DNA of 64,000 nucleotides from an uncultured Spirochaetota bacterium. GTDB taxonomy: Bacteria; Spirochaetota; Brevinematia; Brevinematales; JAOACQ01. Positions 1 to 10,600 of this stretch are shown here, piece after piece. The translations under genes and the position numbers were made by a program. Under the pieces are notes generated by a model that had not been told where the DNA came from, made no database searches, and was given only the letters and a program-made list of their open reading frames with translations. The stretch covers positions 992,001-1,056,000 of the forward strand of contig CAWIGG010000002.1 of assembly GCA_963835575.1 (NCBI GenBank). Reading direction: 5' to 3'. Within the stretch, counting starts at the first letter, position 1. Each line of letters opens with the position of its first letter.

Positions 1-99
1 TTCTGCAAATACTAATGGGCTAACCGCAAAGAGCACTAAAAAGACCAGGACCATTTTTTTCAATCGAACTTTCGAGAGTACCTTAAGATTTTCTTTCAT
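1..99 (-). CDS. 5' end of a secreted protein (runs off the window edge)
   Basis: ATG at 99 with GGAGG RBS at 107-111; MKENLKVLSKVRLKKMVLVFLVLFAVSPLVFAE is a typical signal peptide. Confidence 0.6.
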   Translation of the reverse strand, partial: MKENLKVLSKVRLKKMVLVFLVLFAVSPLVFAE

Positions 100-249
100 A
101 TATATTCCTCCAGATTTAATTTGATTTACTGATCTCGCTCCGATTTGCTTAACTCGGAATTAAAGTTATCCGCCCACACATACGGCAGCCAAAGCTGAAA
201 CGTAAGAATTATAAGATTAAGCAAACAAAAAATAGATCAGTAATCACGA

Positions 250-951
250 TTATATCTGCTTGGCAGAACCGGAAGCGATTACAGATGGATTGAACCCTTT
301 CACTATCAGCCATACCGCTAAAACCATTTCCTGTAAGGCTATTGGAAAACTTAATAATACCTGTACCGCCGACATATTACTGATGAGACGGAACATAACT
401 AACATAGTTGATATTATGGTTAAAGTAATTCCAATAAGACCCCAGCCCGACAGCCATCGGGGAATAAGTTTTGTCTGATAAAACAGCGAATAATACATGA
501 GAGCGCCAATGCACCAGGCCAGTAACATTGTCAGGCTCACCCATTCACGTCCTGCGAGTAATAACGCGCCAATGGTTTGAAAATAAGATGTATCCGGAGT
601 TCCGCCTTTTACAAATTCCCGGCTTAATGTCAATAACAGCAGCAGGCTGATTACACCGACAATATCGAGAGCACCCTCCATAAGCCTGAAGCAAACCGAC
701 CCAAGAGCCAGACCTTCATTATGTTTTCTTAAGACCGGATACAGTGAAATTGCTATACCTGCGCATGCGAAAGCCATAATTAACACAAGAAGCGCTCCTA
801 TTATTACCTGGTTTTCATTTGAGGAAATTTTAATCAGATAATCCGGAGTACCCAGAATAGGTCCAGTAAAAGCAAGACTCACTGTGCCTGCAGCAGTTCC
901 AATAATAAATAACACTCCCGCGATTATCGCGATCTTTCTGTTTGAATTCAT
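250..951 (-). CDS. DUF4386-family integral membrane protein
   Basis: 233 aa, about 6 TM segments; N-terminal IAGVLFII, IPRWLSGWGLIG, and C-terminal E..LAVWLIVKGF typical of DUF4386. Confidence 0.8.
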   Translation of the reverse strand: MNSNRKIAIIAGVLFIIGTAAGTVSLAFTGPILGTPDYLIKISSNENQVIIGALLVLIMAFACAGIAISLYPVLRKHNEGLALGSVCFRLMEGALDIVGVISLLLLLTLSREFVKGGTPDTSYFQTIGALLLAGREWVSLTMLLAWCIGALMYYSLFYQTKLIPRWLSGWGLIGITLTIISTMLVMFRLISNMSAVQVLLSFPIALQEMVLAVWLIVKGFNPSVIASGSAKQI

Positions 952-1218
952 TTAGTCCTCCTTATTTTGGTTTAATTGGACTTCGATGACCGAAACCAAT
1001 GACATTCCTAAATCACGCACTTTTTTGAGCAATCCATGCAATGCAGACTGATCGGCCACCGGGCCGGTTAAAAGAGTATCACCGTTGTCTTCCAGAGAAA
1101 TGGTCAGGCCTTCAAACCAGTCTGTCCATTGATGATCAATATGATCCTTGATCCTGATCTGATAGGTCATGGACTGGCCCGGATCGATTCCTTGCTTGAG
1201 TTTGTTTGACATTACCAT
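952..1218 (-). CDS. Small conserved protein found beside MalT-like LuxR regulators
   Basis: YQIRIKDHI..WTDWFEGL..GDTLLTGPVADQSALHGLLKKVRDLG motif; start moved to ATG 1218 because of the AGAGGT RBS at 1221-1226. Confidence 0.7.
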   Translation of the reverse strand: MVMSNKLKQGIDPGQSMTYQIRIKDHIDHQWTDWFEGLTISLEDNGDTLLTGPVADQSALHGLLKKVRDLGMSLVSVIEVQLNQNKED

Positions 1219-1352
1219 ATACCTCTTATAGCCTGTCATAACAGACTTGTTGTAAACTTTCTTTACAATGGGGGTATAAATACTCCCATCGGACTCTTCA
1301 GAGTGTGAGACAGTAGTAATGCACAAAAAGTCTGACAATATTATAGATGCAG

Positions 1353-1419
1353 TAAGGTATGACTTTGAAGATACTAAAGTACTGTTTTGAGGTATGGTTT
1401 TAAGGTAGGGTTTTGTTTT
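1353..1419 (-). promoter_or_regulatory. Phased 13-bp direct repeats upstream of a TATAAT -10 box; candidate operator of the adjacent regulator
   Basis: Minus strand AAAAC-CCTACCTT / AAAAC-CATACCTC / AAAAC-AGTACTTT, a further CATACCTT, then TATAAT (1345-1340). Confidence 0.35.
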
Positions 1420-1454
1420 ATTTGTTCCAGTTTTGCGGGAAAACTGACGTTTTG

Positions 1455-4103
1455 CTACAGCAGGCCCAACTCGCGGGCGCGTACTGCGGCTTCTGAGCGG
1501 CTTTGAACTTGTAGTTTGTCAAAAATATTCTTATTATGGCCTTTAACGGTACTCAAGGCGAGGAATAGCCGCTGGCAAATCTCATGATTCGAAAGTCCCT
1601 GTGCAATAAGCCGGAGTATTTCTAACTCACGCTGACTCAGCGGCTCGATAAGGGGCTGGGAAGGGGGCAGATGAGAATTGTTTACTCTCTTCTGCTCCTC
1701 AGCCTTAAATGCAGCCAGCAGCTTACCGATATAATCCGGCATAATCCCGCGAGCAGCGGTTTTTGACAATAGCCTGGCCATCGGAATGCCTTCGTCGACA
1801 AAGATACGGATAAAGCCACCCGGTTCTGCCAAAGCCAGCACATCAATCAGCAGCTGGACAGCCTTGTCTTTTTCGCCATTTTCATACAAAGCGACCGACT
1901 GTAGAACCATCACCTTGAGCCGTTCATCTTTCCAATCCTTAGCTTCCATCTGCAAGCGTAATGGCTCCAGTAAGGCCAGTGCCGCGGACGGGTTTCCCTG
2001 GGCCAGGAGTACCCGGGCCTGGGTGGCGGGAAGTTTGTGTTTTTGAGCCAGATGAGAGGCTGCCGCTAGATTACCCTGATGCAGCAGCGTAAGCACTTGC
2101 GCGGCAGCTACCTCGGGCATCCGATAGACGAAGTTATTCTGGCGTACGGACTGATCGGCCTCCGCTAAAATTGCAGCCGCGCCGTCCACATTTCCCCGGG
2201 CTAGTTTCAGGCGGACAAGAAACAACTCACTGATAACGAATCTGTCAATAACACTATCAAACTGACGCGCCAGTTGAAGGCTCTGTTGCCCGTGCTGAAG
2301 CGCGGTATCCAGATCGTTCCATTCGTAATAAATGCGGGCCAGGCCAAGATGCACTTCGCAGGCATTGGGCTGCGGATGATCCCCAAACAATTGCAGAACA
2401 CGGCGGTAGGTCTCGGCTGCCGGATAAAGCTGGTTTTCTAATTCCTGTATTTGACCCAGACCGCTTGTGGCCAATATAATGGAAAAGATATCCCCTGACG
2501 CCTGGATAATTGATAAGGCTTCCATATATGCCTTGCCAGCCGCGGCACGGTTCCCCATGAGATGATGGGCAACTGCCATCGTCCAGACAGCAGTAAAACG
2601 GAATGGTAAGTTGTCAGGGTGCAGATACTCAAGAGCGCGGTGTGACTGGGCGATGATGGTTTCTACCTGATACTGAGTGAGGGCCAATGTAGCCCTAGCG
2701 GCAGCAATTTGTCCCATAAGGTTTCGGGTCATGTCGTCCGGCTCAGCGGCTTTCAAGGCTGCTTCAGCAGCTTGTAGTTTCTCTTCCACACCGGTTGTCT
2801 GGCCAATAACCAGTGACAATGCTGCATACCTTACCCATAACGAGGGCCTGGCGTCCAGTACCATTGTCGGTAGTGATGCCAGCCAGTCGAGTATAGCGGA
2901 AACCGTACCGCGAAAGTGCAGGGACATACCCCCTTTATCAATCAGCCGTTCAGCGCGTTCAATATCATTTGCAGCAGTAGCATGATGAAACGCTTCAAGA
3001 TCCAGGCCATTGCCTTCAAACCATATGCTGGCACGTATATGATATTTGGCCACATTTCCCTTCGGATCCTCAGTGGACGAAGAAGCATTCTGGAGCAGTC
3101 GCTGCCGCAGAAAGCCGGCGAAAAGATGGTGATATCGGTACCAACGCCGTTCGTTATCCAGGGGGACTATAAACAGATTTGCGCTTTCGGCATATTCCAG
3201 GGTTTCTTGTCCGGAAGAAGAGGGGGCAAGCAAAACAGCATCACAAAGCGGTCCGCACATGCGGTCGAGGATCGAAGTACACAGCAAAAATTCCTGGATC
3301 CTTTCGGACTGCTGATGCAGTACTTCTTCAACCAGATAATCCAGGACAAAATGGTGGCTGCCGGTGAAGGATTTTATGAATCCGGCGGCGTCTTTATGTC
3401 CATGCATTGAAATCGCTGCTAGTTGCAGACCGGCTATCCAGCCTTCTGTGCGGGTTTCCAGTGCGGTGATGCCTTCTACCGAGAGGTTCAGCCCCATCAC
3501 CTGGTTGAGAAAACCTGCGGCTTCGGAGGAAGTAAAACGCAAGTCAGCGGCGCGTAGTTCGGTCAATTGGCCCCGAGCGCGTAACCGGGCAAGCGGTAGA
3601 TCCGGATCCTCACGGGTAGCGATGACCAGGTGCATCTGCGGCGGCAGGTGCTCAAGCAGAAAGGCGAGGGCATTATCAAGTGGTTTGGCATTAATAACAT
3701 GGTAGTCGTCAAGGACGAAGATAAAATTGTCCGGTACGGTATTGATTTCATTGAGCAGGGCCGTTAAAATCGATTCGGTTTGTGGTGGTTGAGGGGATTG
3801 GAGTAATCCCAAGACACCTTCGCCAATATTCTTTGCAATCGTCTGCAAGGCAGCAACGAGGTAAGCCAGAAAAATTGAAGGATCTTTATCCCCTTCGTCC
3901 AGCGACAGCCACGCAACTGGCCGGCCGCAACCGGTAACCCATTCGCTGATCAGTGTGGTTTTGCCAAAGCCTGCAGGAGCAGATATAAGGGTCAGTTTGC
4001 GTTGCAGGCCCTCATTTAACCGCTCGATCAGGCGAGGACGAAGGACAACCTTAGCCCGAGGCGGAGTAATATAAAGTTTAGTAGTTAAAATTGATTTAGA
4101 CAT
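1455..4103 (-). CDS. MalT-like LuxR-family ATP-dependent transcriptional regulator
   Basis: Walker A APAGFGKTT, WLSLD, LDDYH, TEGW, YRYHHLF, TPR region, C-terminal LuxR HTH (LSQRELEIL..GLSNHEI). Confidence 0.93.
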   Translation of the reverse strand: MSKSILTTKLYITPPRAKVVLRPRLIERLNEGLQRKLTLISAPAGFGKTTLISEWVTGCGRPVAWLSLDEGDKDPSIFLAYLVAALQTIAKNIGEGVLGLLQSPQPPQTESILTALLNEINTVPDNFIFVLDDYHVINAKPLDNALAFLLEHLPPQMHLVIATREDPDLPLARLRARGQLTELRAADLRFTSSEAAGFLNQVMGLNLSVEGITALETRTEGWIAGLQLAAISMHGHKDAAGFIKSFTGSHHFVLDYLVEEVLHQQSERIQEFLLCTSILDRMCGPLCDAVLLAPSSSGQETLEYAESANLFIVPLDNERRWYRYHHLFAGFLRQRLLQNASSSTEDPKGNVAKYHIRASIWFEGNGLDLEAFHHATAANDIERAERLIDKGGMSLHFRGTVSAILDWLASLPTMVLDARPSLWVRYAALSLVIGQTTGVEEKLQAAEAALKAAEPDDMTRNLMGQIAAARATLALTQYQVETIIAQSHRALEYLHPDNLPFRFTAVWTMAVAHHLMGNRAAAGKAYMEALSIIQASGDIFSIILATSGLGQIQELENQLYPAAETYRRVLQLFGDHPQPNACEVHLGLARIYYEWNDLDTALQHGQQSLQLARQFDSVIDRFVISELFLVRLKLARGNVDGAAAILAEADQSVRQNNFVYRMPEVAAAQVLTLLHQGNLAAASHLAQKHKLPATQARVLLAQGNPSAALALLEPLRLQMEAKDWKDERLKVMVLQSVALYENGEKDKAVQLLIDVLALAEPGGFIRIFVDEGIPMARLLSKTAARGIMPDYIGKLLAAFKAEEQKRVNNSHLPPSQPLIEPLSQRELEILRLIAQGLSNHEICQRLFLALSTVKGHNKNIFDKLQVQSRSEAAVRARELGLL

Positions 4104-4297
4104 AGATTAATTATAAATCGACGTTAGAATTATTGCGATCATCTTTCTTTTCTCCTTTAGTTGTTATTCTGTTCAATTTTCACAACTAATTAAAAATTTA
4201 CATTAATTTTATGATAGTACTTTGGGACTATTTTCTCAAGTTATTCAATTAAATAAGACTCTTGTGTCTAAGGATTTCGAACACTTAGTGATTAAAA

Positions 4298-4480
4298 TCA
4301 AATGTAGCCTTCGATTTGCCTGATACACTCTTTGAGCGGCAACCCTTTAGATTGGTTTATTTCTACTTCACGTAGTTTCTGGATGATTTGTTCCGGCGTG
4401 AATTTTTTTTTGGCATTTTTTTGCCCTCCTGTTATTATATACTAACTTAACAGGTGGACCGAATTTTGGGGAGAAGGTCG
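4298..4480 (-). mobile_element. IS3-family (IS407-like) left-end remnant with truncated orfA
   Basis: IRL-like CGACCTTCTCCCCAAAATTCGGTCCACC starting at 4480; AGGAGG RBS and ATG 4416; reads MPKKKFTPEQIIQKLREVE..GLPLKECIRQI once one A is restored in the A9 run. Confidence 0.7.
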
Positions 4481-5040
4481 TTTTTTGAAGATAATACCAT
4501 TATCTTCAGCCTCGGCTCACTGGCTTAAAGGGGGGCACTAAAATGCGAGTGCGTTTAACTTCCAGGGAAAAAATCCCCGGCCAGGCCGAAATTCGACCGG
4601 CTTGGCAAATACGTCTGGATCGCTTCCTATTGCGGCATTACGGTTTTTGAGATCGTTTGAGGTATGTAACCGATTCTTATATCTTTACTTGAATATGGTG
4701 AAAAAAAGGGTATATCAGGTACTAAATTTGAAGACATTGTTACCGATTTTCGTTTTAAGGGGATTTTACCACAAAATACTTCTAAGCATTATTCGTTATT
4801 ATTCAACGAAATAGTAGAATGGACAAATAAATCTAAGCATATATGGTTAAAGTCTTATAATAAATAATGATTGCCAACTTAAGACAACAGCGGCTAAAAC
4901 GTTTCGGTGTTCACCGCTAACGGCGGCTCCACTCGCCCTGCCGTCGGTATGCCGTAGTAGCGCATCGCCGCACCGTTAAATTGACAGCAGGAGCGATAGG
5001 AACTACAATCTTTCTGTTAATCGCCGCACAGGAGGCCGCC

Positions 5041-5620
5041 ATGAACTTTTTCCGCAATTTCACCGCCCCGCTCTGGGAGATATTCTCCGGCAATCTTCTG
5101 CTTTTATTCTGCAGCCTGTTTTATCTTGCCTGGTGGGCTGTCTCCTACCGGCCGAATTCATCCGCTGGGCCGGTCGGCGGGTTATACCTCGCGGCCGCTT
5201 TTATCATGGGAGTCGCCGCGATAGCGCTGATGTCCGGCGGTGTTAGCGCGCTTTCCCAGAATTCAAAGGGTCTGCCGGTGAGGTTCATCCTGCTGGGCGG
5301 TGCCGCAATGTTTCTCGTTCTGATACCGGTCACAACCATAGCATTTCACCGGATAGTGACATCGGAACTGATCATAATCCATATCTGGGCGGTGCTGGAG
5401 CTGTGCATGCTTGCCGTGCTGTTACGGCACAGGGCGCTTCGGCGCGGGCCGTGCAGTGACGCTGGCGTCCCTTGTTTTAATCGCCTTCGCCGTCAGTCTG
5501 GTCTGCTACATCCTGCATTACCGTCTGGACGAGACGGCAGGCTACTGGAACGGCATGGTCCCGCTGATAACGGACGCGTTCGTGATGGCGGTTTTCCTGG
5601 CGGTTTTGGCGGTTTCATAA
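5041..5620 (+). pseudogene. Multi-TM membrane protein split by a +1 frameshift (possibly a sequencing error)
   Basis: AGGAGG RBS and ATG 5041; hydrophobic frame runs to ..LAVL, then continues as YGTGRFG..LAVS* if one T at 5422-5423 is removed. Confidence 0.65.
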
Positions 5621-5652
5621 GCTCTAAGAACACAAATATAAATTACAATAAG

Positions 5653-5855
5653 GGCAGTTCTAAAAACTCAAATATTTAGAACTGCCGCTATTGTATGAGT
5701 TCATGCTACCGCTCGAGTTCGCTGTCTGAAAAGAAAGCCGACCAGCGAACTCTATACGGTAGCGCCATTTGCATTCACAAGGAATTTTTTAACCGGGGCA
5801 GTTCCAAAACCTGTTGTGGAAATATCTGATAAATTTTTAGTTTTTGGAACTGCCC
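5653..5855. repeat. Composite palindromic element: GGCAGTTC hairpin, internal hairpin, GGCAGTTC hairpin
   Basis: GGCAGTTCTAAA/TTTAGAACTGCC (5653-5686); GCTACCG..GAGTTCGCTG/CAGCGAACTC..CGGTAGC; GGGCAGTTCCAAAA/TTTTGGAACTGCCC (5796-5855). Confidence 0.8.
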
Positions 5856-6405
5856 ATAAATTAATTACTATTTTCATAATGAATTTGGTCCCTTGATATA
5901 AATACTGCCAAATTGGGGTCTATATAAAAATTTCAATCAAATAAAACAAGGCTCATTCATAAAATTCTTTTTTCCACCGGGCGTAGCCCGCCTTCAATCT
6001 CCGTTCCCTTCCCCGTTCGTGATCTTAATGTCCCTCTTTGTGTTTAACCCCGTCATGCAACGAATTAAATCCTTGCAACTTAAAATATAACAAAAGCAAA
6101 GAAATTCAACCTTCTCTCCGTGCCCTCCGTCCCCCGGCGCCTGCCCTGGGCCTGCCGAAGGGTGCTCTCTGTGGTTTCCTGATTGCTTATGTCAGATTTC
6201 ACGTAAGCAACGGATTAATTAATAATGCCCCGTCATAAAGATAAAATCCGCGCGAATCCGCCTCATCCGCGTAATCCGTGTGCAGAATCGGATATTACAA
6301 TCAAGCTTCTTAAACATGAGCTTAAATATAATAATAGAAGATACGTTAATCCCTTCGTTCTTCCCGTCTTCCTTCTTCCTGTTAATATTTTCTCCCTCTT
6401 CTTTC

Positions 6406-6434
6406 TTGAAAAATAAATCCATGCCGCTTATAAT
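6406..6434 (+). promoter_or_regulatory. Sigma70-type promoter of tRNA-Ser
   Basis: TTGAAA-17 bp-TATAAT directly upstream of the tRNA. Confidence 0.7.
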
Positions 6435-6452
6435 AATGGACTTTAACAGTCT

Positions 6453-6540
6453 GGAGAGATGCCCGAGCGGTCGAAGGGGGCACCCTGCTAAGGTGTTGTA
6501 CCCCATAAGGGTACCGAGGGTTCGAATCCCTCTCTCTCCG
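6453..6540 (+). tRNA. tRNA-Ser(GCT), CCA not encoded
   Basis: Acceptor stem GGAGAGA/TCTCTCC with G discriminator; anticodon arm GCACC-CT-GCT-AA-GGTGT; long variable arm; T-loop GGTTCGAATCC. Confidence 0.96.
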
Positions 6541-6550
6541 CGTTTTTATG

Positions 6551-6583
6551 ATAGGGCAGTTCTGATTTTTAGGACTGCCCTAT
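6551..6583. repeat. GGCAGTTC-family hairpin, possible tRNA terminator
   Basis: ATAGGGCAGTTCT / AGGACTGCCCTAT. Confidence 0.6.
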
Positions 6584-6659
6584 ATTCATTCCGTTTGATA
6601 ATAAAATATGATGTCTTAAATCCGGTGGTTCCGGAATTGATATTGACTGGAGGATGAAT

Positions 6660-7301
6660 ATGAAGAAATTGATATCAGGATTAATATTTTTGGTACTTTT
6701 CTTTGCTCCGCTTGGTCTTTTCGGCATCGATATATTTGACGCGGCGACAAACAGCAATACGAACTCTGTGTCCGTTTACATAAAAAGCGGCGGGGATGTC
6801 AACGCGAAGGACAGCGCTTCCGGTGCGACGGCTGTCATCTGGGCGGCACAATACGGACGTACGGATGTCATCAAGCTCCTGACAGGGGCAAAGGCCGATG
6901 TCAACGCGGCTGACAGGGACGGCAAAACGGCATTGATGTGGGCGGCATTCAACGGTTATACAGACGCTGTAAAGTTTCTACTCGGCGCGAAAGCTAAAGT
7001 CAATACGAAAACAAAGTTCGGCTGGACGGCCCTGATGTCTGCCGCGGCCAGAGGCCGGACGGACATCCTGAAGCTTCTGCTCAAAGCCGGAGCCGATGTC
7101 AATCTCAAAACAAAGGACGGGTGGACGGCCCTGATGTCCGCGGCCGCCAATGGACAGATTGAAGCGGTCAAACTTCTCTTCACGGCCGGTGCCGGCGTCA
7201 ATGTAGAGGGAAAGGACGGCTGGACCGCGTTAAGGCTTTCAGTCAAAAACCATCATGATGAAATGACCGCGCTTCTTAAAAAGCTGGGGGCCAGGGAATA
7301 A
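6660..7301 (+). CDS. Secreted ankyrin-repeat protein
   Basis: Signal peptide followed by about 5 repeats of G.TALM.AA..G..D.VKLLL.AGADVN; the GGAGG RBS favours ATG 6660. Confidence 0.92.
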   Translation: MKKLISGLIFLVLFFAPLGLFGIDIFDAATNSNTNSVSVYIKSGGDVNAKDSASGATAVIWAAQYGRTDVIKLLTGAKADVNAADRDGKTALMWAAFNGYTDAVKFLLGAKAKVNTKTKFGWTALMSAAARGRTDILKLLLKAGADVNLKTKDGWTALMSAAANGQIEAVKLLFTAGAGVNVEGKDGWTALRLSVKNHHDEMTALLKKLGARE

Positions 7302-7313
7302 GCTTATCCTCAA

Positions 7314-7508
7314 TTATGATTCATAGCATAACGCGGACGGGCTGATTAATATTCCCCTGATTGAGTTATCATAGCTGTTGCAATTTTTTGCTTCCGCTTT
7401 GCATTCGTATTGAAGCCTGCTGTCTTCCCGGCTGCGGCAGTCAAAACTCTTTTGTACAAGGACCGAACTGATCGCCGACAAAGTAAATATATTTTCAAAT
7501 GAAATCAT
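7314..7508 (-). CDS. Small hypothetical protein (64 aa, 4 Cys)
   Basis: AAGGAG RBS at 7520-7515 before ATG 7508; no recognisable domain. Confidence 0.4.
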   Translation of the reverse strand: MISFENIFTLSAISSVLVQKSFDCRSREDSRLQYECKAEAKNCNSYDNSIRGILISPSALCYES

Positions 7509-7652
7509 ATTATACTCCTTACAAGTAATATAATAAACTATCCGGGAATTGTAAAATGCGCTCTTAAAATTTGTCATTTGTTATGGTATAGGATAGAATA
7601 ATGATATTGAAACCATCTGGCTTATTAATAACATTTCATAAAGGAAGGATCG

Positions 7653-10600
7653 ATGAGCATGAGCGATCTTTCGCCGCAAAATTCCAAGTCTAATGAGAAC
7701 GAAGGAATTATTTATTCCATCCATGTCCCGCTGATCATCGAAGCCTCGGCCGGAAGCGGCAAAACAACAATTCTTGTCAAAAGATATATCGCCGTTCTCA
7801 TCTACCTTCTCGCTGTCGAAAAGAGGAGCGCGTTTGAAGCCGTGAAAGAAATAGTAGCGCTGACATTTACCAGAAAAGCGGCCGGGGAAATGAAAGACAG
7901 GATCAGAAGGATTATTGAGGAAAAATTTTCGCTTTCCTACCTGATGGAAGCGCTGTCAAATCTGGAGACTTATAATAAAATCCGGATCACTGGCCATGAA
8001 TCCGTCTGCGCGGAAATTCTTATGCAGAAGGAAAGCCTTCAAAGCGCCCTGAGCTCCGCTTCCATTTCGACGATCCACTCTTTCGGGCTGAATATCCTCC
8101 GGTCCCATCCGGTGGAAACAGAACTGGACCCGTCCGCTTCCCCTCAGGACAATACGGGGACGGCTGATATGGGCATGACGGCCAAAGACGCTTTTTTTAA
8201 AACAATAAGGAAACTCATCGATTCGCGGAACAAGGATTTTTCCTTGTTGATCCAGGTCCTTGGTTATGAGAGCTGTGAAAAAATTCTGATGGATTTGATG
8301 AAAACGGCTGATTCCTATGGAATGGATGTCCTGCATGATATTATTAAAAGAAGCCGTTATCTGGAATATGAAACAGAAAATTCTATTGATGAATGGATGG
8401 AAAAGAAAGCAAAGCCCGTTCTTAAAAAAATTCCTGAAGCTCTCAATGGTATCAAAGAAAGTATCAGGAAAAACGCCCTGCCTGCCGTGGAAGAAACAAT
8501 CGGAAAAATTGAAAAAGCGTTAGAACTCAGTCAGGCATCGGATCTTTTTCATGCCGATGTTTATTATGATAAAGGAAGCAAGGTTGTCAAGGAAGCGGTA
8601 GAGGATTTGTACGGCAGTTACGCGCTGGAACTGCATAAGCCTTTATTTTCTTTTCTCTGGCGCGCTTTTAAGATTATTTATGATTCTTATGAGGTTTTAA
8701 AAAGGGAAAGAAAGGAAATCTCTTTCAGCGATATAGAAAACAAGCTTTTAAGCTCGTTTAATAATAACGGAGACCTGGTTGCTGATGTAAAAAAATCAAT
8801 CCGTTATCTCCTGATCGACGAATTCCAGGACACGAGCGATATACAGAAAGAGATATTCGACAGGCTGATTTATAATGAAAAAAGGGAATTGTCGCTCATT
8901 CCATTTATAGTCGGCGACCCGAAGCAGTCGATTTACGGGTTCCGGAACGCCAATATTGAGATATTCGAGAATACAAAAAATGCATTTAAAGAATATCAGG
9001 GCCGTTATCCGTCGGCTACTTATATTGAGCTTGATAAGAACTACCGTTCAGATGGGAACCTGGTCGCCGGATTTAACCGGATCTTTGAGGATATTTTTAA
9101 GGACGGAAATATCGCCTATCACATCCAGACAGCCGGCCGTGAAAACGGGCCGAAAGAAAGAGGCGTTTTTTTCGTTCCGGCGCGCGGCGGTAAAACGGAT
9201 GAAATTGTGCGTAATTCATGCCGCGACGCGGCATGCCTGATCGCTGAACTGGTCAATTCAGGCTCTTACAAGCCGATGGACATCATGGTGCTGATACGGA
9301 AGGGCACAAAACTTTCGCTGTTAAGAGAAAGCTTTGAGGAAATCCTGGGGGCGCAGGGAATACCTTATTTCAATATCGACAGCTCCAATATATTGGAGGC
9401 GCCTGAAATACAGGATATTATCATCTATCTTCAGGCGCTGGAAAACCCGTCCAGCAATTTCTATTTTCTGCCGCTCTTGAAAACGCCTTTCTTCAGAAAA
9501 ACCGATCCGGAAATAGCGGAGCTTCTGAGAAATAATCCCTCTTTATATGAGGCCCTTAACGGGACGAATGACCCGGAAATGGAAATATTCAATGATATAC
9601 GCCGGAAAAAAAACAGAGTCAATATCGCCGACCTGGCAGAAGAGATCATCGGCCGGAGCGGTTATTTTTCCTTTCTTACCACACTGCCGCATAAGAAGGA
9701 AGCCTCGACAAACGCGGTTGTATTTCTGGATTACCTCCGGAGGCTTCAGACTTCTGAAATGTTTAATTTGACAGACTTCCTGTATTATCTGCAGGAATAC
9801 GGCATAACGCTGGCAAAACCGCAGGTCATCGGAGAAAAAAGCAATGTCGTCAAGGTGATGACGGTGCATTCATCAAAAGGCCTGGAATCCAGGGCCGTGA
9901 TTTATATCGCCACTTCCGGCGGGGGGAACAGGTCTTCTGAAATTATAGTGTCCCGCGGCGGAAGGGACCGGTATCTGGGAATGAATATTTTTTGTCCCGA
10001 CCGGAATTATACCAGGCTTGCGGAATTTAAAAAGGGATCGGAAGCCGAAGAGGAAAAACGACTGGCTTATGTCACTTTTACAAGGGCGGAGGAACTGTTT
10101 TATTATATCGGTGCAGATAATCTGGCTGAAAGAAATGAAAAGGGAAAAATAGACAGGGACGAAAGGGATGGAAAAGACGGCTGGGGGAATTTCATCAACC
10201 TGAAAAAGGAATTTGTCTCGGGACGGATGATAAAGGTCCCGGAAATTAAGAGCAGAGTTAAATCGGAAAATAATATTGATCTGTTGAGGAAAAAGGTATC
10301 GGATAAATATGAGCTTCTCAAAAAGAATGAGGAAAAATTAAAGTATGCCTCTTTTCCGCTTTTTGTTACAATAACCCAGCTTCTCGATATAGAATTTCTT
10401 GAGGCGGCTTTTAAAAAACGCTATATTGACAAGTCTTTTCCGGTCGATGAGGCCCTGAATGAAATAGCGCATTCGGATGATGTGTTTCAGGAGAACGCGC
10501 GCGCCGACGAAGGCACTTTTCTTCACAGAGTTTTTCAATACTCGGACGATAGCTCTTATCCGGAATATATAGAACAGAATATAGAATATGAGAGCGGAGT

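Noticed and set aside
4486..4650. Hairpins and a GGGGGGCAC motif next to the IS3 remnant
   Set aside because: Possibly another element end, but I could not find a partner end or assign a family.
6453..6540. tRNA-Ser as an integration site for the adjacent accessory DNA
   Set aside because: I found no duplicated tRNA 3' end or integrase, and the accessory region lies on the 5' side.
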